Positions 27,485 to 44,879 of a stretch of DNA of 64,000 bases are shown piece after piece (the first letter of the stretch is position 1; every line of letters begins with the position of its first letter). The position numbers and the translations under genes are program-made. The stretch is from the human T2T-CHM13v2.0 reference genome, Homo sapiens. The notes beneath the pieces were generated by a model. That model did not search any database. It was not told where the DNA came from and saw only the letters and a list, made by a program, of their open reading frames with translations. The DNA lies in assembly GCF_009914755.1 (NCBI RefSeq), contig NC_060925.1; one strand, written 5' to 3'.

Positions 27485-27811
27485 TCACTGGGACTGGTTG
27501 GACAGTGGGTGCAGCCCATAGAGGGTGAGCTGAAGAAGGGCGGGGCATCGCCTCACCCGGGAAGCGCAAGGGGTCGGGGGATTTCCCTTTCCTAGGCAAG
27601 GGAAGCCGTGAGAGATGGCACCTGGAAAAATGGACACTCCTGCCCAAATACCGTGCTTTTCCAACTGTCTTAGCAAATGGCACACAAGGAGATTATATCC
27701 TGCACCTGGCTCAGCAGATCCCAAGCCCACAGAGCCTTGCTTACTGCTAGCACAGCAGTCTGAGATCAACCTGCGAGGCAGCAGCCTGGCAGGGGGAGGG
27801 GCATTTGCCAT
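27485..27811 (-). CDS. L1 antisense ORF0 homologue (108 aa, open)
   Basis: MANAPPPARLLPRRLISDCCASSKQGSVGLGSAEPGAGYNLLV resembles recalled L1 ORF0 (MAGAPPPASLPPCSLISDCCAS...); start context gtaATGG. Translation is not shown by the sequence. Confidence 0.6.
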   Translation of the reverse strand: MANAPPPARLLPRRLISDCCASSKQGSVGLGSAEPGAGYNLLVCHLLRQLEKHGIWAGVSIFPGAISHGFPCLGKGNPPTPCASRVRRCPALLQLTLYGLHPLSNQSQ

Positions 27812-28426
27812 TACTGAGGCTTGAGTAGGTAAACAAAGCAGCCCCAGGGAAGCTCGAACTGGGTGGAGCCCACTGCAGCTCATCAAGACCTGCTGGCTCT
27901 GTAGCCTCCAACTCTGCAGGCAGGGCATAGCTGAACAAAAGGCAGCAGAAATATCTGCAAACTTAAACATCCCTGACAGTTCTGAAGACAGCGGTGGTTC
28001 TCCCAGCATGGTGTTTGAGCTTGGAGAACGGATAGACTGCCTCCTCAACTGGGTCCCTGACCCCCATGTAGCCTAACTGGGAGACACCTCCCAGTAGGGG
28101 CCGACTGACACCTCATACAGGCAGGTGCCCCTCTGGGACAAAGCTTCCAGAGGAAGGATCAGGCAGCAATATTTGCTGTCCTGCAATATTTTCTGTTCTG
28201 CAATATTTTCTGTTCTGCAGACTCTGCTGGTGATACGCAGGCAAACAGGGTCTGGAGTGGACCTCCAGCAAACTCCAACAGACCTGCAGCTGAGGGACCT
28301 GACTGTTAGAAGGAAAACTAACAAACAGAAAGGAATAGCAACAACATCAACAAAAAGGACACTCACACCAAAACCTCAACTGTAGGTCACCAACATCAAA
28401 GACCAAAGATAGATAAAACCAAAAAG

Positions 28427-29449
28427 ATGTGGAGAAACCAGAGCAGAAAAGCTAAAAATTCTAAAAACCAGAGATCCTCTTCTCCAAAGAATCACAGATC
28501 CTTGCCAGCAATGGAACAAAGCTGGATGGAGAATGACTTTGATGAGTTGACGGAAGTAGGCTTCAGAAGGTTGGTAATAACATACTTCTCCGAGCTAAAG
28601 GAGGATGTTCAAACCCATTGCAAGGAAGCTAAAAACCTTGAAAAAAGATTAGATGAATGGCTAACTAGAATAAACAGTGTAGAGAAGACCCTAAAGAACC
28701 TGTGGAGCTGAAAACCATGGCATGAGAACTGCATGACACATGCACAAGCTTCAGTAGCCAATTCAATCAAGTGGAAGAATGGGTATCAGTGATTGAAGAT
28801 CAAATTAATGAAATAAAGTGAGAAGAGAAGTTTAGAGAAAAAAGAGTAAAAAGAAACTAACAAAGCCTCCAAGAAATATGGGACTATGTGAAAAGACCAA
28901 ATCTACGTTTCATTGATGTACCTGAAAGTGATGGGGAGAATGGAACCAAGTTGGAAAACACCCTTCAGGATATTATCCAGGAGAATTTCCCCAACCTAGC
29001 AAGGCAGGTAAACATTCAAAATCAGGAAATACAGAGAACATCACAAAGATACTCCTTGAGCAGAGCAACCCCAAGACACATAATTGTCAGATTCACCAAA
29101 GTTGAAACGATGGAAAAATTGTTAAGGGCAGCCAGAGAGAAAGGTCGGGTTACCCACAAAGGGAAGCCCATCACACTAACAGCAGTTCTCTCAGCAGAAA
29201 CTCTACAAGCCAGAAGAGAGAGGGGGCCAATATTCAACATTCTTAAAGAAAGGAATTTTCAACCCAGAATTTCATATCCAGCCAAACTAAGCTTCATAAG
29301 TGAAGGAGAAATAAAATCCTTTACAGACAAGCAAATGCTGAGTGCTTTTTTTAACCACCGGGCCTGCCTTACAAGAGCTCCTAGAGGAAGCACTAAACAT
29401 GGAAAGGAGCAACCGGTACCAGCCACTGCAAAAACATGCCAAATTGTAA
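28427..29449 (+). pseudogene. L1 ORF1p remnant
   Basis: Fragments MWRNQSRKAKNS.. and ..RPNLRFIDVPESDGENGTKLENTLQDIIQENFPNLARQ..; in-frame stops and frameshifts. Confidence 0.92.
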
Positions 29450-29512
29450 AGACCATCAATGCTAGGAAGAAACTGCATCAACTAATGAGCAAAATAACCA
29501 GCTAACATCATA

Positions 29513-33315
<3,803 letters not shown>

Positions 33316-33707
33316 ACAATGAGAACATATGGACACAGGAAGGGGAACATCACACAGTGGGGCCTGTTGTGGGGTGGGGGGAGGGGGGAAGGATAGCATT
33401 AGGAGATATACCTAATGTTAAATGACAAGTTAATGGGTGCAGCACACCAACATGGCACATGTATACATGTGTAACAAACCTGCACGTTGTGCACATGTAC
33501 CCTAAAACTTAAAGTATAATTAAAAAAAAGAGACGAGGAGGGTGAGGGAGGGAGAGAAGAAAAGAAATGAGAGAAAGAAGGAAGGAAAATGAGAGAGCAG
33601 ATGCATTATTAGTGGAAGACAAAGGAAGAAATGGTGTCATTAAGGTGATAATAGCATGAATAAAGGTATAAATCCATATTGAAAAGGCTTGGGTTTCAAC
33701 AGAATAC

Positions 33708-33942
33708 TTTTTTTTTTTTTTAGATAAGGTCTCACTCTGTTTCTCAGGCTGGGGAGCACTAGCATGATCACAGCTCACTGCAGCCTTGGCCCCCAGGCTC
33801 AAGCAATCCTCATGCCTCAGCCTCTCAAGTAGCTGGGACTACAGGCATGTGCTACCATGCCTGGCTAATTTTTGTATTTTTTTATAGAAATGAAGTTTCA
33901 CCATCTTGCCCAGGCTGGTCTCAAACTCCTGGGCTCAAGTGA
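33708..33942 (-). mobile_element. 5'-truncated AluJ-type element
   Basis: Right arm plus part of the left arm; stops at ctcctgggctcaagtga. Confidence 0.9.
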
Positions 33943-34314
33943 ACAGGCTGAAATTTTTAAAAAGACGTATGTGGAGAAAAAAAATTATGAAGTGCAAAAA
34001 CATCAAAGATTAAGAAAAGATTCTAGAATGTTGCAGACAGAAAAAGCAGGTGCTTGAAAACAAAGTGAGAATAACATTTGCATCAGTAACTCTGGATATT
34101 AGGCCTAAAAAAAAGTCTAAAATTGAAAACTAGAGTTCTAAACCTGGTCAAGGATTGGATGCATGCAAGAACTTTAAAAGTTTACCACCCATATGTATTT
34201 TTATAAAACTACAGGAATATGCATTCCATACACACACACAAAATCTTAGAAAGAGTTAGAAATGTGCTTAAAGGAACTGTGGAATTAAGACAGGCTATAA
34301 AAGTAAGAAAATCA

Positions 34315-34374
34315 ACCTGCACATCCTGCACATGTACCCTGGAACATAAAATAAAAATAAAAATTAAAAAAAAA
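34315..34374 (+). mobile_element. 60-bp extreme 3' end of an L1 with its own TSD
   Basis: acctgcacatcctgcacatgtaccctggaacataaaataaaa + A tail; TSD aagaaaatca (34305-34314 / 34375-34384). Confidence 0.85.
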
Positions 34375-34817
34375 AAGAAAATCACAGATGGCAGATCTAC
34401 AGTGAGACTAGAAATTACTGGTCCACATTGATTCAGAAGTCAAGCTGCCTCTGTGAAGCATCACTTTAAAAAAATAAAAGTCGGTTCTTTTTAACAAAAA
34501 TATGACTCCAAAATGTGGATTTCCACTCTCAATATAGAAAAACAAAGGCAATTAGAAACTCCAGAAAACACACAAGGCTATACAAGAAAGCCAGGTTTTA
34601 AAATGAAAAAAAAAAAAAGTACCATGATTTTCAGTTGTTTATGTTTTGTAAAAAAATAACTCATCTGGCCCAACTTCAGAACATTCCATTTTGAGCAGCA
34701 CAGTTTTAGACACCTACAATTATATTTTCTTCTCTACAGGTGAATCACACAATTCAGATACCAGCATCTGATGTTTTATAATTATTATAAATACTGTTTT
34801 TCAGTTTATAATTTTTA

Positions 34818-35111
34818 AAATTTTATTTCGTTTACGGGGTCTTTCTCATTCACCCAGGCTGGAGTGCAGTGGCATGATCATAGCTCACTGCAAACTCCAA
34901 TTCCTAGCCTCAAACAATCTTCCCAACTCAGCCCTTCCAGTAGCTAGGACTACAGGCACACACTGCCACACCAGCTAATTTTTTATTTTTTCTAGAAACA
35001 GGGTCTTGCTATGTGGCCCAGGCTGGTCTCAAACTCCTGGCCTCAAGTGATCTTCTCACCTTTGGCCTTTCCAAGTGCCGGGATTATAGGCAGAAACCAC
35101 TGTGCCTGGTC
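34818..35111 (-). mobile_element. Alu (AluJ-type)
   Basis: Diverged dimer; 15-bp TSD agtttataattttta. Confidence 0.92.
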
Positions 35112-35651
35112 AAGTTTATAATTTTTAGATTCAGCCTATTGTCAAAGATCATAAAATCTTTGATTATAGTTATTTGATGATTCTAATTAAATAACCTCTT
35201 ATAATGTTAAATAAACGATAAAAATGACAAGTGGAAGATGGCATGAGGAGAGGCAGAGGGACAAGTAAGGGAGATAATTCCCCATATTATATGAAGGGAA
35301 CTGAATAGATTCTATCTAAAGATGATGAATCAAGAAATAGAATATTAAAATTATGACAATAACCACTAGAGTAATTAAAATAATAAATACAGTGAGGGAG
35401 GAAGAGAGATAGCAATTAAATGGTAGTGTAACTGTGATTACTTTCTGTTTGCAACAGTGATTTAGCTAATATTATCTAAGTCAAAAGCTAATAGTTTTTG
35501 ATTTAGAGAAGATATATTATTTAGAGACATAATGGTAACTTTAGAAGAAACAATTTTAATAATCAGTAAATAGTCATATGAAAATTATGAAATTCTTGGT
35601 ACCAAGGTGACACCCTGGCTAAAAGGTGTTAACTAGTTAAGAGAGAAGCTA

Positions 35652-36012
<361 letters not shown>

Positions 36013-36194
36013 TTAAAAGTATATATTCTTAAAAGAATGAAGTGTGTAAGTTGTGTAAATTAATTTTTATTGTGAATTTTATTTAAAAAATAAAAGTTGG
36101 TTCTATTTAACAAAAATTCCTTAGTTCAACTAAAAGACAAGAAATTTCAGATTAAGATGAATAAATAAAATTTTAGGTGTATTTAAACAAACAC

Positions 36195-36970
36195 ATTAGT
36201 TTTGCTGCATGACAACCAAAATATCTCAGTGGCACTCAACGATTAGCTTTTAATTATTATTTTTATTTTGCTTACTGTAGGAAAACAGCCTGTTGCATGG
36301 CAACGAGTAATGCCACCTTGAAGTAAAACCACCATGATGACCAATGGTTGACTCCTACATACCATGGTCTTCCCATAGCATAGATAACTCCTCATAAACA
36401 TATTGATCTAATCTCTTTCTTATGGTCACAAGTTTCACAAGAAAGTCTAAGGTGTGAGTAGCTACGCATGCTTTACCAAAAAGCTTGCTATATAAAGGAT
36501 GTTCTCTGGAGGGCAAGGGCAAGGGCACATCACCTCTTGGCTGCCTGAGACATTGCTTCTGTTCATAAGTCCCTATTAAATGTATTAAAAGAAACTGCAT
36601 TTATCAGCCTTTTTCTTCATCTTCTCAACTTCTTAGCCTTTTGAGGGTAGGTTTGCATACACCTGATCACAGTGGAACGTTTAAAGATCCGCAGGTTGGC
36701 TTAGACAGACAACTTAGTTTCTAGATCAGCTGCAGTGACTCAGCTGTACAGTCTCATTCACAAGCCCAAGCTGACTGGGACAGCAGCTATCTGAAAAATG
36801 CTTTTCTCATGGTAAAGACTGGAAGTTTTTGCAGGGATGAGTGAAAACACTTTCTGCCTCTTCAGATCTGGGTCTGATTTCAACATCAATGAGGCATGCA
36901 ATGTACTCTTATCATGAAGCTGGAAACAGGAATAAATTTTTGCTAAACAACAATCAAAGCTACCACATAC
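36195..36970 (-). mobile_element. Old MaLR (MLT1-type) LTR split by a younger LTR
   Basis: ttttgctgcatgacaaccaaaatatctcagtggc ... gcaggttggct...gcccaagctgactgggacagcagctatctg. Confidence 0.5.
36276..36679 (+). mobile_element. ERV solo LTR (LTR47-like)
   Basis: Starts tgtaggaaaacagcctgttgcatggc; TATA tatataaagg (~36490); attaaa poly(A) signal; ends ..cagtggaacg. Confidence 0.65.
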
Positions 36971-38561
36971 AAATAGAAGAAATTATTTCTTTCTATGACC
37001 ATGGCTGATTTCATTCAGAAATGCATTTTAGGATGTCATTATTCCAACCACAGATTTTACCTATATTTGTTTCTCAGATGCAAAAAGGCCACAAAAAGGC
37101 TTACAAGTAAAGCCACCAGTAAAACCAAGTTAATAAAGCAATACATAACCAAGCCATAATTTATCATCTCTCAATAAGCAGACACTGAAGAAAACCACGT
37201 GGTAAATTATTCTCAGAAATAAAAAGTATCACTTGATCATTTTCTCACCACACATACTTATGTATATATTATATTAATTCTAGAAGTGTATATCATCATT
37301 TGTGTGATAGGAATATGTATAATTCATGATTTGTGTAACTGAGAATATGTGTAACATTGATAGAAAATGCTTGCTTTGTTTTGTTAAATAGCAGCATCAT
37401 TTGAAATATTGAAAATAAATTGGCACATTGGACACAGCATAATCTAGTGAAGGTTTTAAAAGTAACAACAGTTTTCAAAACTAATTTCTTAGTATATATT
37501 TGGAAGTTCTCTAAATATAGGAAATCTAACCAAAAAATTTAGTATGTTATGATTTATCTTGTTTTCGTTGACCTCAACTGAAAGGCAAAATGTTAAGTTT
37601 TTATTTATTTTTAAGACTATTTTTTAGAGGAATTTTAGATTCACAGCAAAATTGAGAGGGAAGTACAAAGTTTTCCGATAGATTCCTGCCTGCCCCCTTA
37701 CATGTAATAGCCTGTCTCATCATCAGCCTTCCCACCAGAGTGGTACATTTGCTGAAACCAATGAAAGTCTACTGACACATCATAATTACCCAAAGTTCAT
37801 ATTTACATTAGGGTTCACTTGTGATGTGTACATACTGTGAATTAGGACAAATGTATAATAACATGTATCCATATATATAATATAGAGTATTTTCACTGCC
37901 CTAAAAATACCCTGTGCTCTACCTATTCATCTCTCCTCCCACCTCCAACCACTAGCAACCACTGATCTTTTTACTGTCTCCATAGTTTTTAACTTTTCCA
38001 GAATGTCATATAGTTGGAATTACACAGTATGTAGACTTTCAGATTGGCTTCTTTCACCTAATGCATTTAATACGTTCCTCCATGTCTTTTCATGGCTTAG
38101 TAATTCATTTCCATTTAGCACTTAATAGTCTTGGGTTGCCTGGATGTACCCCTGTTTATTTATCCATTAACCTACTGAAAAACATCTCAGTTGCATCTAA
38201 GTTTTGGCAATTATAAATGAAGCTGCTATAAACATCCATGTGCAGATTTTTGTTTAGACATAAGTTTTTTCTTTGAATAAACACCAAGTAGCACAATTGC
38301 TGGATCATATAAGAGTATGTTTTGTTTTGTAAGAAATTACCAAGTTGTCTTCCAAAGTTGTACCCACCATCAATGAATGAGAGTTCCTGCTGCTCCACAT
38401 CCTCACCAGCATTTGATGTTATCAACTTCCCAGAGTTTAGGCATTCTAAAAGGTATATAGTATAATAGTATCTAGTTGTTGCTCTAATTTGCATTTATCT
38501 GATGGCATATGTGGAACACTTTTTCACATGCTTATTTGACACCTGTATATATGGTCTCTGG

Positions 38562-39170
<609 letters not shown>

Positions 39171-42079
39171 GCTGGCCCATTTTTTAATTGCATTTTTTGT
39201 TTGTTATTGTTGAGTTTTAAGAGTTATTCGTATATTTTAAATAGCAGTCCTCTATCAGATCTTTTTTGTGCAAATATTTTCTCCAAGTCTGTGGCTTGTC
39301 TTCGGATTCTCTTGACATTGCCTTTGTCAGATAGAAGATTTTAATGGATTCCAGCTTATCAATTTTTTTAATTGATTCTGTCTTTGATGTCATATCTAAA
39401 CACTCATTGTTAATCCTAGGGTTACCTAGGTTTTCTATTACATTATCATCCAGGAGTTTTACAATTTTGCATTTTATGTTTAGGTCTATGACCCCTTTAG
39501 AATTAAATTTTGTGAAGGGTGTAAGGTTTGTGTCTAGATTTATTTTTTGCATGTGATTGTTCAGTCGTTCCAACATCATTTGTTTAAAAAACTATCTTTG
39601 GTCCATTGCATTGCCTTTGTTTCTTTGTCAAAGGTCAATTAACTATATTTATGTGCCTATTTCTGGGTTCCCTATACTGTTCCATTGTTCTATTTGTCTG
39701 TTCTTTCAACAATACCATACTGTCTGGATTACTGGATTCTTTATGGTATGTCTTGATGACAGGTAATATCAGTCCTCCAACTTTATTCTTTTCCTTCAAA
39801 ATTCTATGGCTCTTCTATGTCTTTTACCTTTTCAGTAATCTTTAGAATCAATTTATCAAAAGCCATAGAATAATTTGGTGTGATTTTGACTGGGATTGAA
39901 TCTGCAGATTAAATTGGAAAGAACTGACATCTTGATAATATTGGTCTTCCTACCCATGAACACAGAATATCTCTATTAAGTTCTTCTTTTATTTCACTCT
40001 TAAGTGTTTTATAGTATTCCTCATGTAGACCATGTACCTAATTTTGTAAGATTTATACCTATGTATTTCATTTTTGAGGGTACTAATGTAAATAGAATAG
40101 TGTTTTTCATTTCAAATTCCATTTGTTCATTGCAAGTGTATAGGAATGTAACTGAGTTTTGTATATTAATCTTGTATTATGCAACCTTGCTATAATTGCT
40201 TATTAATTCCAGGAGTCTTTTTTTTTGGTTGATCCCTTCAGATTTTCTACATAGACATAATTATGTCATCTGCAAACAAAGATAGTTACATTGCTATTTT
40301 TCCAATAAGTATACCTTTTATTTCCTGTTCTTGTCTGATTGCAATAGCTAGAACTTCAAGTACAATATTAAAAAGGAGTGGTTAGAGGGGACGTTTTGGG
40401 CTTATACTTGATCTTAGTGAGAGAATTTCAAGTTTCTCACCATTAAGTACAATGTTAGCTTTAGCTTTTTCTATGTTTATTGGTATGATCATGTGATTTT
40501 TCTTTTTTAGCTTGATGATATGATGAATATATTAATTGATTTTGAATGCTGAACGAGCCTTGTGTACCTGGGATAAATCCCAGTTGGATGCATGTATAAT
40601 TATTTTTATGCATTGTTGAATTGAATTTGTTAATATTTTGTTAAAGATTTGTTCACCTATGTTCATGAGAGATATTGCTCTGTAGTTTTGTGTTTTTGTG
40701 TGTGTGTAATGTCTTTTTCTAATTTTGTTATTAGAGTAATGATGGCCTCATATAATGAGTCAGGAAGTATTCCTTCCTCTGCTTCTATCTTCTGAAAACG
40801 ATTGTAGAGAATTGGTAATTTCTTCATTAAATGTTTTGTAGAATTCACCAGTGAACCTATCTGGCTCTTGTATCTTCTGCGTTGGAAGGCTATTAATTAT
40901 TAATTCCATTTCTTTAATAGCTATACTCCTATTCAGATTTCCTATTCTTGTGTGAGTAGATTATGTCTTTCAAGGACCAGGTCCATATCATCTAGGCTAT
41001 CAACATTGTGGCCTTATAGGTGTTTATAGTATTCCCTTCTTATCCTTTTAGTGTCCATGAGATCTGTAGTCAAGTCTCCTCTTTCACTTTTAATATTAGT
41101 AATTTGTATCCTTTTCTGTTAGTATGCCTACAGAATTATCTATTTTATTGCTCTTTTCAAAGAAATAGCTTTTGATTTTGTTGACTTTTCTCTAATTAAT
41201 TTCCTGTTTTCAGTTTCATTGATTTCTGCTCCAATTTTTGTTTTCTTTCTTCTTCTTACTTTGAATTTAATTTGCTCTTCTTTTTCTAATTTTCTAAGAT
41301 GAAAATAGGTTATTAATTTTAAAGCTTTCTTCTTTTCTAATATATGCATTTAATGGTATTAATTTCCTTCTATGCACTGCTTTCACTGTATTTTCATTTT
41401 CACTTGGTACAAAATGCTTTTAAATTTCTCCTTGACTCATGTGTTATTTAGAAATGTGTTGCTAATGTCCACCTTTTCAGGCATTTTTCTGTTATTGGTT
41501 TCAAATTTAATTCCACTGCAGTCTGAAAGCAAACATTATATGATTCCCATTATTTTTAGATTTGTTCTTTTAAATTTAAACAAATTTGTTTAAATTTGTT
41601 TTATCAATCACACAGAACGTGGTCTATCTTGGTGAATGCTCCATGTGAGCTTAAGAAGAATGTGCAGTCTGCTGTCAATAGGTGTCAGTTATATCTAGTT
41701 GAATCTTTTGAGTGTTGCTGAGTTCAACCACATCCTTTATGATTTTCTGCTTGCTGGATCTATCCATTTCTGATATAGGGGTGTTAATGTCTTCAACTGT
41801 AATAATGGAGTCACCTATTCTTGTTGCAGTTTTATCAGTTTTTGCCTCACATAGTTTGACACTCTTGTTAGTTGCATATATGGTAAGGATTTGTATGTCT
41901 TCTTAGAAAATTGACCCCTTTATCATTGAGTAATACGATTCTTTATTCTTTATTCCTGATACTTTCCTTACCTTAAAGTCTACTCTGTCTGAAATTAATA
42001 CAGTTTCTCCTGCTTTCTTTTAATTTTTGTTAGCATGGTATATTTTTTCTACATCCCTTGTACTTTAAAGCCATATGTA

Positions 42080-42407
42080 CTTTTATTTTATTTTTTATAT
42101 TTTATTTTATTTGTTTTTTGAGACAGCATCTTGCTCTGTCACCCAGGCTGGAATGCAGTGGCATGATCTCAGCTCAGTGCCACTTCCGCCTCCCAGGTTC
42201 AAGCAATTCTCCCTGACTCAGCCTCCCAAGTAGCTGGGAATACAGGTGCCTGCCATTGCGCCCAGCTATTTTTTTAAATATATTTTTAGTAGAGATGGGG
42301 TTTCACCATGTTGGCCACGCTGTTCTCGAACTCCTGACCTCAGGTGATCTGCCTGCCTCAGCCTCCCAAAGTGGTGGGATTACAGGTGTGAGCCGCCACA
42401 CCCGGCC
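42080..42407 (-). mobile_element. Alu (AluSq/Sx-type)
   Basis: Full dimer; TSD catatgt(a/g)cttttat. Confidence 0.94.
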
Positions 42408-44418
42408 CATATGTGCTTTTATATTTAAAGTGGGATTCTATTTCAAAAACAAATAAATGGCTTTCTTGTAGACAACATAAAGTTTTTTCTCAACTCTGAC
42501 AATCTCTTTTATTTATTTATTTTTATTTTTAATTTTTGTGTGTACATACTAGATGTATATGATTATGGGGTATATGGGATATTTTGATACAGGCATACAA
42601 TGTGTAATAATCACATCAAGATAAGTGGGGTATCCATCACCTCAAGCTTTTATCCTTTGTGTTTCATATAATCCATTTATGCTATTTTAGTATAAACAAT
42701 GCAATTATCAACAATTTATAAACAATCTAATTATATTATGTGATTTTTAAAATGTACAATTAAATTATTATTGACCATACTAGATCTTATTCATTCTTTC
42801 TATTTTCTGGTAACCATTAATTATACCCACTTCTCCCTAACCCATTACCATTCACAGCCTCTGCTAACCATTCTTCTACTCTCTATCTCCATGAATTCAA
42901 TTGTTTTAATTTTTAGCTCCCACAAATAAGTGAGAACATGTAAAATTTATCTGTCTGTGCTTGGCTTATTTCACTTAATAAAGGGACCTCCAGCTCCATC
43001 CATATTGTTGCAAATGAGAGTTCTCATTATTTTTTATGGCAGAACAGTACTCCATTGTGTATATGTACCATGTTTTCTTTATATATTAGTCTGTTGATGG
43101 ACACTTTGGTTGCTTCCAAATCATGGCTATTGTGAATAGTACTGCAATATACATGAGAATGCAGGTATTGCTTTCATATACTGATGTCCTTTCTTTGGGG
43201 TATGCCTAGCAGTAAAATTGCTGTATCATATGATAGCTCTATTTTTAGTTTATTGAGGAACCTCCAAACTGTTCTCCGCAGTGAGTGTACTAATTTACAT
43301 TCCTATCAACGGTGTACAAGTGTTCTGTTTTCTCCACATCATCATCAGTGTTTGTTACTACCTGTCTTTTGAATAAAAGCCATTTTAATTCAGGTGAGAT
43401 GATATTTCACTGTAGTTTTGACTTCCATTTCTCTAACAATCAATGATGTTGAGCACCTTTTCATATACCTGGTTGACATTTATATGTCTTCTTTTGAGAA
43501 ATGTCTGTTCTAACTTTTTGCCCATTTTTAACTGAATTATTAGATTTTTTTTCCAATAAGAGTTGTTTGAGCTCCTTATATATTTCTGGTTATTAATCTC
43601 TTGCCAGATGGGTAATTTTCAAAAGTTTTCTCCTATTCTGTGGGTTGTCTCTTCATTTTGTTGATTGTTTTCTTTGCTGTGCAGAAACTTTTTAGCTTGA
43701 TACAATCTTTGTCCATTTTGCTTTGGTTGCCTGTGCTTGTGGGGTATTACTCAAGAAATCCTTGCCCAGTCCAATGTTCTGGAGAGTTTCCCCAATGTTT
43801 TATTTTAGTAATTTAATAGTTTAATATTTTAGATTTAAGCCTTTAATCCATTTTGATTTGAATTTTGTATTTGGTGAGAGATAGGGGTCTACTTTTATTC
43901 TTCTGCATATGGTCATTCAGTTTTCCCAGCACTATTTATTGAAGAGACTGTCCTTTCCCCAGTGTATGTTCTTGAAACCTTTGTCAAAATGAGTTTATTG
44001 TAGATGTATGGATCTGTTTTTAGATTCTGTATTGGTCTGTGTGTTGGTCTGTTCCCTTGGTCCGTGTGTCTGTTTTTACAGCAGTACCACACTGTTTTAG
44101 TTACTACACCTCTGTAGTATAATTTGAAGTCAGTAATACAATTGTTCTAGTTCTGTTCTATTTGTTCAATGCAGCTTGGCTATTTTGAGCCTTCTGTTGT
44201 TCCATTGAATTTTAGGATCTTTTTTTCTATTTATGTGAAGAATATCATGGTATTTTGATAGGGATTACTTTGAATCTGTAGACTGCTTTGGGTGGTACAG
44301 ACAGTTTAACAATATTGATTCTTTCAATCCATGAACATGGAATATTTTTCCATTTGTTGTGTCCTTTCTATCTCTTTCATCAATGTTTTATAGTTTTCAT
44401 TGTAGAGATCTTTCACTT

Positions 44419-44879
44419 TGTGGTGGTTAATACTGAGTGTCAACTTGATTGGATTGAAGGATGCAAAGTATTGCTCCTGGGTGTGTCTGTGAAAGTGTTA
44501 CCAAAGGAGATTAACATTTGAGTCAGTGGACTGGGAAAGACGGACTGGGAAAGGCAGACCCACGCTCAATCTGGGTAGGCACAATCTAATCAGCTGCCAG
44601 CATGGCCGGAATAAAAACAGGCAGAAGAACATGGAGAGATTAGACTGGCCTAGCCTCCCAGCCTACATCTTTCTCCTGTGCTGGATGCTTCCTGCCCTCG
44701 AACATCGAACTCCAAGTTCTTCAGCTTTGGGACTCAGACTGGCTTCCTCACTCTTCAGCTTGCAGATGGCCTATTGTGGGACCTTGTGATTGTGTAAGTT
44801 AGTACCCCGTAATAAACTCCCCTTTATATATACGTCTATCCTATTAGTTCTGTCCCTCTAGAGAACCTTGACTAATACA
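44419..44879 (+). mobile_element. MLT2A (HERV-L) solo LTR
   Basis: tgtggtggttaatactgagtgtcaacttgattggattgaagg...ctagagaaccttgactaataca; perfect TSD cactt. Confidence 0.93.

Noticed and set aside
33358-33392. G-quadruplex-forming tract
   Set aside because: Standard feature of primate L1 3' UTRs
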